Under the pieces are notes generated by a model. The model made no database searches. It was not told the DNA's origin and saw only the letters and a list, made by a program, of their open reading frames with translations. From contig JABVCE010000007.1 of assembly GCA_014905635.1 (NCBI GenBank), forward strand, positions 620,001 through 684,000: 64,000 bases of DNA. Direction: 5' to 3'. Of this stretch, positions 20,233 to 32,400 are shown in pieces (the stretch's first letter is position 1; each line of letters starts with the position of its first letter). The DNA comes from Scenedesmus sp. PABB004. Lineage: Eukaryota. The position numbers and the translations under genes are program-made.

Positions 20233-22446
20233 ATGGCCTCCCCGCTCGCCGCAGACCCCACGCGGGGCGGCGGCGCGCCGCGCTGCGCCGCCGCCGCCCG
20301 GCGCGGCGCCGCGGCGCGCCGGCCGCTCGCCGCCGGCGGCGCGCGCCACCGGCCGTGTGCCGCCGCCGGGCCCGCGCCGCCCCGCGCGCTGCCGGCGGAG
20401 GCGGACGCCGTGGTCGTCGGCGGTGGGCTCGCGGGGCTGAACGCCGCGGCGGTGCTCCGCCGCGCGGGGCTGCGCCCGCTCGTGCTCGAGGCGTCCGACG
20501 GCGTCGGCGGCCGCGCGCGCAGCGACGTGGTGGAGGGGTTCACGCTCGACCGGGGGTTTCAGATCTTCCTCACGGGGTACCCGGAGGCGGCGGCCACGCT
20601 CGGTGCGGCGCGGCGGCGGCGGCGGCGGCGGGCGCGGGGCGGGGGCTGTGCGCCCGCACGCGAGCGCCCACGAGCGCGCCGCGCGCGAGCGAACGCGCCC
20701 GCCCCGCCCCGCCCCGCGCGGCACGCGGCGCGGCGCGCAGACTACGAGGCGCTGCAGCTGCGCCCGTTTTACGCGGGCGCGCGCGTGCGCTTCGGCGGCG
20801 CCTGGCACACGGTCGCCGACCCGCTGCGCCACTTTTGGGACGGCGTCGCGTCGCTCGGCAACCCCATCGGCAGCGTGGCAGACAAGGTCAACGTGGGGCT
20901 GTTCCGGTGCGCAGGCGGCGGGGGCGCCGGGCGGCGCGCAGCGCGCGCTGCAGCGGCGGCGGCGGGGGCCCGTCAGGCGAGCGTGGCGCGACGCACCGCG
21001 GCCGCGCGCGCGCGTGCACGCAGGATCAAGTCCCTGCTCGGCCCGCTGGACGCGATCTTTGAGCGGCCAGAGACGACCACGCTGGAGCGCCTGCAGGCGC
21101 GCGGCGCTGCCGGCGCCGGCCCGCCCGCCCGCGGCCCGCGCCGCGCGGCGCGTGCCGCGTGTCGCGCCGCGCCCACGCGCGCCGCGCGCCGCGTCCGCGT
21201 CCGCGTCCGCGCCCGCCAGGCGGAGGGCTTCAGCCCCGCCATGGTTGACCGCTTCTTCAGGCCCTTCCTGGGCGGCATCTTCTTCAACACCCAGCTGTCG
21301 ACGTCGAGCCGGCTGTTTGAATTCGTGATGCGCATGCTCGCGACCGGCTCCAACTGCCTCCCCGCGGCCGGCATCGGCGCGATGGCGGGCCAGCTCGCGG
21401 CGGGCCTGCCGGACGACAGCGTGCTCACGGGTGCGGCGCCGGCGGCGGCGCGGCGGCGGCGCGGGGTCGGCCGCGCGCGGGCGGCGGGGGCGGCGCGGGT
21501 GGCGCCGCCGACGACCCGGGCGCCGGCGCGGCGCGCAGGCGCCAAGGTGCAGCGCGTGACGGCGGCCGCCGGCGGCCGCCCGGCGTGCGTGGAGCTGGCG
21601 AGCGGGGAGACCGTGGCGGCGGCGCACGGCGTGGTCGTGGCGGTCGAGGGCCCCGAGGCATGGCGCTTGCTGGGCGAGGCGATGGACGTGCGTGGGGGCG
21701 CTGGCGGCTGCAGCGCGCCGCCGCCGCGCCGCCGCTGTGCCGCCCGCGCCCCGCCGCGCCGCCAACGCCGCCGCCCGCCGCCCGCCGCCGCCGCGGCGCA
21801 GGTCGCGCCGTCCAAGAGCGAGCCGGGCGTGGGCACGGCGTGCGTGTACTTCCGCGCCCCCGCGCCGCCCGCGCCCGACCCCATCCTCTACCTCAACGGC
21901 ACCGGGGAGGGCCTGGTCAACAACTGCTGCTTCCCCAGCACCGTCGCGCCCTCGTACGCGCCGCCGGGCCAGGTGCGTGCGCGCAGGCGCCCAGCCGCTT
22001 CGCCGGTTTGGCGCCCGTTTGGCGGCGCGCGGCGCCCGGCGCCGCGCCCCGACGCCGCGCGCCCGTGCGCGCAGACCCTGGTGTCGGCCTCGGTCATCGG
22101 CACGCAGCCGCAGCTGTCCGACGAGCAGCTCGTCGCGGCGGTGCGGCGCGAGCTGGCGGAGTGGTTTGGCGGCGCCGCGGTCGACAGCTGGAGCCACCTG
22201 CGCACGTACCGCATTCCCTATGCGCAGCCCAACCAGGCGCCGCCGACCAACTTTACGCGCCCCGTCGCGCTCGGCGGCGGGCTGTTTGTCTGCGGCGACC
22301 ACCGCGACAGCGCCACGTTTGACGCCGCGCTGCGCTCGGGGCGGCGCGCCGCCGAGGCGCTGATCGCGGCGGCGGGGACGCGCGGCGCCGGCGGCGCGGC
22401 GCCGGCGCTCGCGGCGGCGGCGGCAGCGCGCGCCGGGAGCGCGTGA
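20233..22446 (+). CDS. FAD-dependent oxidoreductase, flavin-containing amine oxidase/phytoene desaturase-like family, probably plastid-targeted; 7 exons
   Basis: VVVGGGLAGL...LEASDGVGGR...DRGFQIF (Rossmann fold plus GG motif), FFRPFLGGIFF, YRIPYAQP and FVCGDHRDSATFDAALRSGRRAA. Ala/Arg-rich N-terminus. Introns at 20603-20740, 20907-21023, 21097-21219, 21431-21538, 21688-21801, 21973-22074. Confidence 0.9.
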   Translation: MASPLAADPTRGGGAPRCAAAARRGAAARRPLAAGGARHRPCAAAGPAPPRALPAEADAVVVGGGLAGLNAAAVLRRAGLRPLVLEASDGVGGRARSDVVEGFTLDRGFQIFLTGYPEAAATLGAARRRRRRRARGGGCAPARERPRARRARANAPAPPRPARHAARRADYEALQLRPFYAGARVRFGGAWHTVADPLRHFWDGVASLGNPIGSVADKVNVGLFRCAGGGGAGRRAARAAAAAAGARQASVARRTAAARARARRIKSLLGPLDAIFERPETTTLERLQARGAAGAGPPARGPRRAARAACRAAPTRAARRVRVRVRARQAEGFSPAMVDRFFRPFLGGIFFNTQLSTSSRLFEFVMRMLATGSNCLPAAGIGAMAGQLAAGLPDDSVLTGAAPAAARRRRGVGRARAAGAARVAPPTTRAPARRAGAKVQRVTAAAGGRPACVELASGETVAAAHGVVVAVEGPEAWRLLGEAMDVRGGAGGCSAPPPRRRCAARAPPRRQRRRPPPAAAAAQVAPSKSEPGVGTACVYFRAPAPPAPDPILYLNGTGEGLVNNCCFPSTVAPSYAPPGQVRARRRPAASPVWRPFGGARRPAPRPDAARPCAQTLVSASVIGTQPQLSDEQLVAAVRRELAEWFGGAAVDSWSHLRTYRIPYAQPNQAPPTNFTRPVALGGGLFVCGDHRDSATFDAALRSGRRAAEALIAAAGTRGAGGAAPALAAAAAARAGSA

Positions 22447-23660
22447 GAGGCGAGGAGCAATGGCTGGGCATGTGATTACAGGGCCCAGTCAGTGCGAGCG
22501 CGCCAGTCCGGTCGATGCCTGCGCGCCAGGAGCGCCAGCTGTACGCACCGTCGTGTGCATGTCGTGTGCAAGGCAACAGGGCAGCCGGCCCGCCGGCGCC
22601 GCGCAGGGCGCCAAAGCAAGTCGTGCCGCCGACCACGTGCGTGCGTTCACCTGCAGCCAGCCCAGCCCAAGCCCCAGCGCCGCCCCCCTGGCCAGCCGCT
22701 GCAGCAGCAGCTTATTGTCGGTGCACGCTCACAGCGTTTTCTTTCTTTTCTTGTTTTGGGACGCGCCTTGCGTCCACGTGGCTTGATCATCGGCGCGCCA
22801 ATGCGCGTGCTCGTTGCGGCAGGGCTGGCAGGCGCACGAGCGCCGCCAACTTGGCCAAGTGCGTTTGGGGCTCAGCGAGCCCCACCGCCATCACTCGTTC
22901 ATCACGGCAACCCTCAGTTGAATGGGCGTCCGCGCGCGCGCGTGCGTGCAAGCCTCACAGGCGAGGCGCCGCAGCGCGCGCGCCCAGCCCCGCCGCCGCC
23001 GGCGGCCGCGCACCGCAGGGCGCGCACAGCCTCGCCTCCCCCCCCCCCCCCCCCCCCCCCCCCCCACCCAACCCATACACACGGGCCGCAGGGATCAGCC
23101 GCCCAGGTCGCATGAGCCCACCGCCTCTGTCGTTCCCTCACGGCACACGCGTTTGATGGTTGGTCCCAGCCGGGTGGCTCTGCGCGAGCCGACCGGGCAA
23201 GCCCACCCACGCCGATTGACCCGATGGGGCGAGGTCGCCCCATCGCCGCCCACCGCCCACGCCTCGGCTGGATAACAGGTGACCCAGCCCACACACACAC
23301 TGGAGCAACGATTGCCCCCGAATGGAGCAATGAGTAGCCCCGACTGGAGCGCTGACTGCCCGGAAGACAGCGTACGCACGCGCGTACGCACACCCCCCGC
23401 CGCACGGCCCATACCCGCCCACCTCAGCTCGCGGGCAGCAGCGCGCCCTTCTTGCCTAGGCCGGACTGTTGTGTGAGCGTGTCCCACACGGCACGTGCGT
23501 TGGGTGGTCCCCGCCCAGCCACGTCGCCGGAAGAGAGGCGCTTTATGTGAGGCCAGCGCGCCGAAGGTGGCGCCGCGCATCGGCCACCCCCGCACGCTTA
23601 AACTCGGTGCAAACGATGCCAGGGATGCTGGGTGCAGCCTGGGCCCCTCGCTCCCACGCC

Positions 23661-26600
23661 CTAGAGCGCGTAGGAGCGCCTGGCCGGGGAGGTGACGATC
23701 GACTGGCAGATCTGGGTCACCAGGGTCGGGAAGTTGCCCGTGCACGACTGGCCGTTGCAGGGCACGGCGCAGCTGATGCAGAAATCCTCGAACTCTCCCA
23801 CTGTCGCCGGCGGCGGCTTGGCGCAGCAGCACACGCCGTTGGACTTGCAGGGGTTGCCGCCCACGCTCGAGCACGTGCCGGAGCCGGCGCAGTTGGCGAT
23901 GCAGTGGCAGTCCCTGCCGCCGGCCTTCTGGCAGTCGCTGTCGCCGCACGTCAGGCCGCAGCCGGTGCTGCCGGGCAGCTTGGGCGTGCACACGCCGCCG
24001 CAGCAGCATGAGTCCAGCAGCGTCGAGCACTGCGCGTCGGTGGTGCACGTGGCTGCGGCGGGCGCGCGACGCAGCGCGGGCGGCGTGAGGGCGGGCAAGG
24101 ACGTCGCGCGCGGCGCGCGGCGCGCGGCGCGCAGCGCCGCCACCGAGGCCGCGCCGCCGAGCGCGCAGCCTCACTTGAGCAGTTGGTCAGCGGCTTGCAG
24201 ACGCCCGCCGCGCACGCCGCGCCGCAGGTGTTGTTGACCGCGCTGCTGCAGTCGGTGCCGTTGCCGACGGGGATGCGGTAGCACTGCCCCGTGACCGTGT
24301 CGCACTGGCCCAGGTTGCACACGTCCGCGGCGTCGTTGCAGTCCAGCGGCGTCGTAGTGCAGCGGTCGTTAATCTCATCGCACACCCCAGCCAAGCACTT
24401 CCCAATGCCTGCGGCGGCGCGGGCGGCGCGGGCGGCGTCGCGCCTCGGCGGCCCTCGGACGCACGCTCGACCGGGCGGGGCCGGCCGCGCGGCCGGCCGC
24501 GGGCACGGCCGCCGCGCCGTGCGCCGCGCGCCGCGCGCCGCACCTGAGCAGTTCCGGGGCGTGCCGCCGCCGCAGACGCCGGCGCGGCAGACGCTGGTGC
24601 CATCGACCGTGCAGAAGAGGCCGTCGTCGCAGACCGTGTTGTCGGGCTTGGCCTGCGCCGAGCACGTGCCCGTCGCCGGGTTGCAGACGCCCACGGTGCA
24701 CTGGCCTGCGCGGCGGCGGCGGCAGCGGGCGCGGCGGCGGGCGCGGCTCGGCCGGCGTTCGCCTGGGGGCGCGCCGCGGCGCCGCCGCTCGCCGCCGCCG
24801 CACGGCGCCGCCGCACGCCGCCGCGCGGCGCCGCCGCACCGTTGAGGCTGCTGCAGTTGGTGGGGGTCACGGTGCAGGTCTTGTTCTTCTCGTCGCAGGT
24901 CAGCTTGTTGCACTTGTTGGTGGGGTCGACCGCGGGGCACGTCGGCTGCCCGCCGCCGCACTTGCCGCCGGTGCACGTGGTGTTGGAGGTGCAGAACACC
25001 CCGTCGCTGCACGCGGGGGCGGAGGCGGCGGCGCGGGTGCGGCGTGAGCCCCCGCCCCGCGTGCGAGTGACGGCGGCGGGGGCGCAGCCAGCGGCGGCGG
25101 GGGCGCAGCGCGCTGCTGCGGGCCGCGCGCTCACTCGCAGATGGTGCCGTTGGCGCGGGGCGTCTTCACGCACTGGCCGGTGGCGGCGTCGCAGGTCGCG
25201 GTGTTGCACGCGTCGGCGGCGGCGGTGCAGTTGTTGAGCGCGCCCGGCTTGCACACGCCCTTGTCGCAGGTGTCGGCGCTGCACTTGCCGGTGCCGACGT
25301 CGCAGGCGGTGCCATCGGGCTTGTCCACCGTCTCGCAGCCGCCGGCGGACTCGCTGCACTTGGCCGTGCGGCACTGGTCCGGAATGAGCGGCACCGGGCA
25401 CACGAGCGGCCGGCCGACGCACTGGCCGGCCGAGCAGGTGTCGCCGGTGGTGCAGGCGAGGCCGTCGTTGCAGGGCTGGCCGTTGTTGGCGGGCTGGCGC
25501 TCGCAGGCGCCGGAGTTCGGGTTGCACACGCCTGCCGGGGTGGGGGGGGGGGGGGGGGGGGGCGGGGGGGGGGGGGGGGGGGGGCGCACGCGCGCGGCGT
25601 GTGAGCACGGGCGGGCGGGCAGGCGGGCGGGCGGGCGGGCGCGCGGCCGCCGGCCGTGGTGCCGCGGCGCCGCCGCGCACCGACGGAGCACTGGTCGTTC
25701 AGCGCGCTGCAGTTCTTCTGCAGCTGGAAGCAGGCCTCGTACGTGTTGTCGCACACGCTCTGCAGGCACAGGTTGAAGACCAGCGGCACGGGGCAGGGGC
25801 GCGCCTCGCCGCCGCTGCACACGCCTGCCGCGGGTCGGGTGCGCACGCGCAGCGTGTGAGCGCGGCCGGGCGGGCGGGCGGGCGGGAGGCGCGCGGGCGC
25901 GGCGGGCGCAGCGGGCGCGGCGCGGCGGCGCCGCCGCGCACCGGCTGTGCACTTGGTGTTGACGTTGCAGAAGAGCCCGTCGTTGCAGGGCGTGTTGTCG
26001 GGCCGCGCCGTGGCCACGCACTTGCCGGTCGCGTTGTTGCAGGTGCCGGTGTTGCACTCGTCGTCGAGGTCGGTGCAGTCGCGCGCGGGCCCGACCGTGC
26101 AGACGCCGGCCCGGCAGACGTCGGCGCTGCAGACGCCGCTGCCGGTGTCGCAGTAGCTGCCGTCAGGCTTGGGGCCGAGCGCGCAGCCCGTGCCCTCGAT
26201 GCAGACGGGCTCCTGGCACGTGCTCGTCGGCACGATGTTGGAACAGTCGAGGGGGATACCGACGCAGTCGCCGCCGGAGCAGACGTCGTTGGTCGTGCAG
26301 GTGAGACCGTCGCTGCACGTCGTGCCGTCCGGCTTGTGCCGGGTCACGCACGTGCCGTTGACGCTCAGCGGGTCGCACACCAGCTGCTTGCACGTGTTGG
26401 GGTGCGCGGGGCAGACCTTGGGCGTGCCGGCGCAGGTGCCGATGGGGGTGCAAACGTCGTCGACGGTGCAGGGATTGTTGTCTGCGGCACGCGCGCACGC
26501 ACGGGCGCCAGCCGGGGCGGGGCGCGATCGCTCACTCGCTCCGCGCGCCGCGCGCGCCGACCCTTGGCCCCGCGCCAGCTCTGGAAGCCTGGGCGCCGCC

Positions 26601-28110
26601 GCCGCCACCGCGCGCACCGTTGCAGGTCGCGTTGACGTTGGGGACGTCGATGCAGGTGCCGTCGGGCGCCAGCTCGGACTTGAAGCAGGGGTCGGCCGGC
26701 GGCGGGCACGGCGCCGGCGACGGCGACGGCGCGGGCGCAGGGCTGGGCGAGGCGGGCGCGGGGCTGGGCTTGGTCGGGCCCGGGTCGGGGCTGGGCCTGG
26801 GCGCCGGGCTGGGCGCGGGGCTGGGCTTGGGGCTCGGCGGGCGCGGCGAGGGCGCTGCGGCGGCGGTGCGGTCGCGGGTGACTCGCCAGCGCAGAGCGGG
26901 CGCGGGGGCTTGGCAGGTGCGCCCCGCCCGGGCGGCGCGTGCGCGCGCGCGCTCCCGCACTCACAGGGCGCTGGGCTGGGGCTGGGGCTGGGGCTGACCT
27001 CCTGGGGGGAGATGGGGAGGCAGATGTTGTTCGTGCACTCGCCCGTGGTGGTGTCGTTGAGCTGGCACAGCGTGCCGTCGGGCTTGCTCTGCGTGACGCA
27101 GCCCTGCGTGGTGAGGCACACGTTCTCGAGGCACTGGTCGGGGTTGACCGGGCAGCGGCGCGGCCGGCCAGTGCACTGCCCGTTTAGGCAGCGGTCGCCG
27201 AGCGTGCACCTGCACCGGGGCGCGGCGGCGGGGGGCGTCGGAGGAGGGGCGCGCGCCCGGCGCGCGCGCGGCGGCGGCGGCGGGCGCCGCGCGAGGGCGC
27301 GTGCGCACCGGTTGCGGTCGTTGCAGGTGGTGCCGTTGGCCTTGGGCACCGTCGTGCAGCGCCCGGTGGACGGCTGGCACACGGCGTCGGCGCAGGGGTT
27401 GCTCGGCTGCGGGCAGACCTGAGCGCGAGCGCGCGTGCAGCGGAAAGCGCGTCGGGGGCGGCGGGCACGCGCGCGCGCATGGGCGCGCGCCGGGCCGCGC
27501 CGCGCCGCACGGGCGCACCTTGGGCCTGGTCACGCATGTGCCGGCGGAGCAGGTGCCGACCTCGCACTTGCCCGCGCCCGCCGCGGTGCAGCTGCTGCCG
27601 TTGCGCGCGTCGAAGGCGACGCACTTGCCCGTCGCGGGGTCGCAGGCGAAGAACTTGCACGGCGGCGGCGTGCCGGGGCAGCGCACGGGGATGCCGTAGC
27701 AGATGCCCTCGTAGCACTCGCCGTTGGTGAGGCACTTGGTGCCGTCGCTGCAGGGCATCCCGTTGGGCGCGCGGCCGGTCGTGCAGTTGCCGCCGCCGCC
27801 GCCGCCGCCCCAGTGGGTGCCCGTCTTGCTGCCCTTGGGGCACACCGTCCACGAGCAGTTGCAGGGCCCCTGCGTGCGACCGGCAGCGGCAGCCGAGGGT
27901 GGGTGGGTGACTGGACTGCGGCGCCGGGCGGCGCGCGCAGAGGGAAAAAAGTGCTTCTGCGCCGCATCTCCGCCGGCCGCCACGCACGTGCGACGTCATC
28001 GGCGAGAGCGCGCCGAACGGGTTGGCAGTGGACGTGGGGACCGCCTCCTGGGCGTGCGCGAGCGCTGCCAGCCCTAGCGCGACGAGCGCCAACGCGAAGC
28101 GGCGCTGCAT
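23661..28110 (-). CDS. Secreted cysteine-rich repeat protein (CxDGxxCTxxDxC repeats, Dictyostelium-repeat-like) with Ser/Pro-rich hinge
   Basis: Signal peptide MQRRFALALVALGLAALAHA. Many repeats such as CSDGLTCTTNDVC, CNDGLACTTGDTC, CDDGLFCT and CNPATGTC. PSPKPSPAPSPAP segment. Confidence 0.85.
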
Positions 28111-28865
28111 GGCGGCTTGCGCGTTTGAGGTTGGGTCGCTCAGATCAGTGAGGCTCCACCCGCGGGCGGAGGCGGCTGCTGGTGCGCTGGGCGCTGCAGG
28201 GCGGCCAGCTGGGTAAGAGTGGCACCCTCCGAGCGCCTCTGGCGGGGTGCGCTTGCCTAGACCGACCGGGTGAAGCTGAATACGCCGTCGGACGAGTTGA
28301 GTGCGCCGAGGACAAGCAAGAGCCAACGGCTGCGGCGACCGGTCGCCTTTCCAAGGTGCGGCCACTTCAGCTTCTTGTTGCATCCACGCCGCAGCGCCCT
28401 CAGGGCGCCCTCGGTTGCGCGTTCGTCCACGTGCTCACCGGCTGCTCGTGTCCGACAGGTGGCCCGGTGCAGCGCGCGCGCGGCAAAGCGACCTCGGGCG
28501 CGGGCGGCACGCAACAGCAGGCCGTGCCGGGCGCGCCCTGGGGTGCTGAGGCCTTGGCAATTCTGTTCCGGCGGCAGCCGAGCCACCTGGTGGCCGACGA
28601 GCCGGGCAGGGCGGAGCTGGGGCCATGCCATGACCGCGCGCCAATCCGCCACACCAGCCGCGCACAGGCTCCGGCGAGCCGTCCCAAGGCCATTGCCGTT
28701 TGGCCGCTTCACGTCAGTGCCGGCCGCAGAGCCTGTGGCGACCTGGTCGTCGTCCTCGTCCGCGCGTCACCGGCGAGCAGGGTCACCGCCGGACAACGAC
28801 GGCGCTGGGGCTGCCAAAAGCCTGGGGTTACCGCTGCCCCCGCCCCCCGCCCCCCGCGCCTCTGA

Positions 28866-31800
28866 TCAGCCCCCGCGGCCCAGCAGGGCGGACACGTATT
28901 GCAGCGCCGCGCCGAGCTGGCCCGCCGCCGCCGCGCCCTCGCCGCGCGCGAGGTCCGCCGCGGCGTCGGCCGCAAAGCCGCCGGCGTGCGCCTCCAGCTG
29001 CGCCGCCACGGGCGCGGCAGCGCCCGGGTCGCCCAGGAGCGAGGAGCACAGCGCCGCGAGCGCGAGGCCCGCCTGCAGCAGCCCTGCCTGGCGCTCGGGC
29101 GGCAGCGGCGCCGGCTGCGCGGCCGCTGCTGCGAGCTGCATGCAGTGCGCCGTCTCTCGCTCCAGCGCCGCCACTGCCTCCTGCAGGGCTTGCTGGATCG
29201 CGGCGCCCGCCGCCGCAGCGAGTGGCGGGTGCTGCTGCAGCTGCGGCACCACCGCCGCCAGCAGCGCCAGCGCAAAGGACAGAAGCTGGTGCAGGCGCAG
29301 GCAGGGGCCCTGCAGCTGCGGCGGCGCCACGGCGGCCGCTGCCGCCGCCAGCGCCGCCCCCACTGCCGCGTCTGCTGGGCCCGGCGGCGGACGCCCGGGG
29401 GCGCCGCCGGGCACGCCGCCCCCGGGCGCCGCTGGTGGCGTGCCGGGTGTGCTGCCCGCCGCAGCCGCGATGGCGGCCGCCGGCGCCGACTGGGGCGGCG
29501 CCGCCGCCGCGCCGCAGCCGCGCAGCCCCGCCGCAGCGGCCACCTCGGCCGCTGCCGCGTCGGCGCCAAACGCCTCCAGCAGCAGCACGACGCGCGCGGC
29601 CACGGCCTCGGCCAGCCGCCCGGGGCCGAGCTCCGCCAGGCGCCGCGCCGCGAGCTTGCGGTGGACGTCCTGCAGGTACGACACCGCCGCCTCCAGCTCG
29701 GCCCGGCGGTGCGGCGCCGCGTGCTGCGGCGCGAGGTGGTCCTGCGCGGCGCGGCGCGGCGCAGCGCGGCGCTGTGGGTGCGCGCGCGCGCGCTGCCCCG
29801 CCGCCCGCCCGCCCGGCCGCCCGCCGCGCGCGCGGCCGTCGCGCCGTCGCGCCGCGCGCGCGCGCGCCTGCAGCACGGCGCGCCAATGCTTATTTAGCAG
29901 GTGCAGCAGATCGTGGTCGGCCCAGGGTGGGCAGGCCGACACCACGTCAAGCCACAGCTCCTCGTACTCGGATTTGAAGATTGCCTCCAGCCGCGGCGCC
30001 AGCGCACCACGCAGCGCCGCAATGTGCCCCTGCGCGGCCGCCACCGCCGCGGCGTCGGGCGGCGGCGCCCGGCCGCGGGGCCCCTCGGGCCCGGGCGCGT
30101 CGGCGGTGGCGCCGCCGCGCGCCAGGGCCGCGAGCGCCGCCAGCAGCTGCTGCGGCTGCGGCTGGTGGAGGCTGCCTCGCGCCGCCGGCAGCTCGCGCAG
30201 CGAGGCGGCGGCGATGCTGTTTGCTTGGGCCTGCGACGACGGCAGCGGCGGCGGCAGCGCTGGTGCGGCGCGCCGGCGTGCTGCGCGCATCGAAGCACGC
30301 GCTGCCGAGGGGCGAGCCCGTCAGGCCCCCTGCCTGCTCCCCTCCCCTGTGCACGCGCCTTGAGACGAAACGCTGTGTCGTTCGTGAGCAGCAGCAGGCC
30401 GCCCCCGGCGCCCTGCTGCATCGCGCACTGCAGGATGCGGTCGTCCGCCACCAGCGCGCTGTCCGGGAGCCCAAAATCAAACGCGCGCGCCGCCTCGCGC
30501 AGCTCCTGCGCAGCGGCGCACGACGCAGCCTCGGCGCGCGTCGCGCGGGGCGGGCGGGAGGCGGCGGCCAGCGGCGGCAGCCGCACAGCGCCCCTCTACC
30601 TTCCCCTGCGCGCACCTGGAGGCTCTGGGCCCTGTAGACGACCGCCCCGCCGCCGCCGCTGCCGCCGCCGGGCGCCAGCGCGCCCTGGAGGTGGTGCAGC
30701 GCCGCACGCGCCCGGCCCGCCACGGCGCCGCCGTCGTCCTGCGCGCCTGCCGGCAGGGTTGGGGGCGTGCGCGTTGGCGGCCCTGCCGGCGGGGGCGCCC
30801 ACAGCCCACGCAGCGCCGCAGGCGGGCCCCCGCCGCGCGCGCCGCTCACGGGCTTTGAGCTTGTCCAGCTCTGCCAGCACCGTCCAGGGGACCACGATCG
30901 CCAGCTGCTGCGCCTGCTGCGCCTGCTGCGCCTGCTGCGCCTGCTGCGCCTGCTGCGCCTGCTGCGCCTGCTGCGGCAGCCGCTGCAGCGCCTGCAGCAG
31001 CGCCAGGCCGCGCGGGTCGAGCCACACGTTGGTGTCCACGACGACTACGAGCAGCGCCGCGCCGCCCTGCCCCTGCTGCGGTGGCGCGCCGCCGCCCGGC
31101 CGCTGCTGCTCGCCCGGCTGCAGCTCCGCCGGCTCCCACTCCATGTCCACCGCGCGGGTGAGCTCCTCCAGAAACGCCGGGTCGTGCCGCAGCGCCGCGA
31201 CCAGCGCGACCGCCTCGGCGGCGGCCTGGTCGGGCATTGCAGCGTCGCCGCCGTCGCCGTCGCCGCCGCGGGCGCCGGCCGCAGGGCGGCCCGCCGCTCT
31301 TGCCGCCGCGCCGCCGCCGGGCGCGCCCTTGCCGCCGGCCGCCGCGGGCGGCAGGCCCATCAGCGCCAGCGCGAGCCAGAGCGGCAGCCAGAGCGCGGAG
31401 GGCCCGTGGCAGACAGGGAAGTCGCGGGGCCAGCAGCCGCTGCCGGCGTAGCGCAGCAGCTGCGCCCCCGGGAACGGCCCGAACGGCGCGCCCGCGTCGT
31501 TCAGGTACCACCACTGCGCCGCGTCCGGCGACGCGTCAAAGGCCGCCGGCGCCGCGAGCTGGGCGAGCAGCTTGCGCGCGAGCTGCGCGAGCGCGGCCGC
31601 GCTGCCGGCCGCCGCGTAGCGCGCGCCGCGCGCCGCGTGCCGCTCCGGGCGCGCCGGCACCTGCGCGGCGGCAGGGGTGGTGGCGGTGGGGTGCGCGGCC
31701 AGAGCGCGGCGGCGGTGGGGTGCGCGGCGCCAGCCAGCTGCGCGCAGCGTGGTCACCCAGATGCTGGCGCCGCCCTCAAACGTGACCGTGGCGTTGTCCA

Positions 31801-31876
31801 CCGTCGAACCAAAGAGCTGGTGTGCCTGCCAGCGCGAGCGGGCGTGGTCAGGCGGCAGCTCCATGAACTCCGGCAT
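28866..31876 (-). CDS. GYF-domain plus PIN-domain (SWT1/PIN_4-like) ribonuclease, multi-exon
   Basis: WWYLNDAGAPFGPF (GYF-like). PIN motifs VVVDTNVWL, IVVPWTVLAELDKLK, ADDRILQCA and LLLTND. Helical C-terminal region. Confidence 0.78.
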
Positions 31877-32400
31877 GGCGGCGCGGCGGCGGCGGCGGCG
31901 GCGCGGCGGCGCGGCGGGCGCCCCGCTGCTGGCGTGCACCCCGCGCGCTGCTGCCACCCCGGGAGCCCGCGGCAACCCGCCCCCGGCTCACTCTCTCGGG
32001 TGGCAGCCAGATCGTGGCACTTTCCTGGGACATCGGCGTGCATGGCCGGCCGGCTGTCGGGGTCTGGCGCTGCCTGCCCGCCCTGCCCTGTCTGTGTCGA
32101 GTGCCGATGGCAAGCAACCACGCGCTTTTCACGCGCGACCGCCCGCCGCGCGCCGCCGCCATGACGCCGACCGCCCGCCTCCCCCGAGCGCCGCGCGTGA
32201 GCCGCCGAGCCGACCTACACATGTACACATGTACAGGCTTGCTGGTGTACACACTACTATCTCCCTCCCGCGCCTGCGCCGCGCTACCCTGCTCGCCCGA
32301 GCCGGTGCGCGGGCCGCCCACACCCGCGCTCGCCTCGCCGACCGCTGCCGCCGCCGCCGCTCCGCCGACCGCCGCCGCCGCTGCCGCCGGGGCCGTGGGC

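Noticed and set aside
18619..22446. 1275-aa + ORF and 1089-aa - ORF taken as single proteins
   Set aside because: Each is a read-through joining the antisense of one gene with exons or introns of the neighbouring gene.
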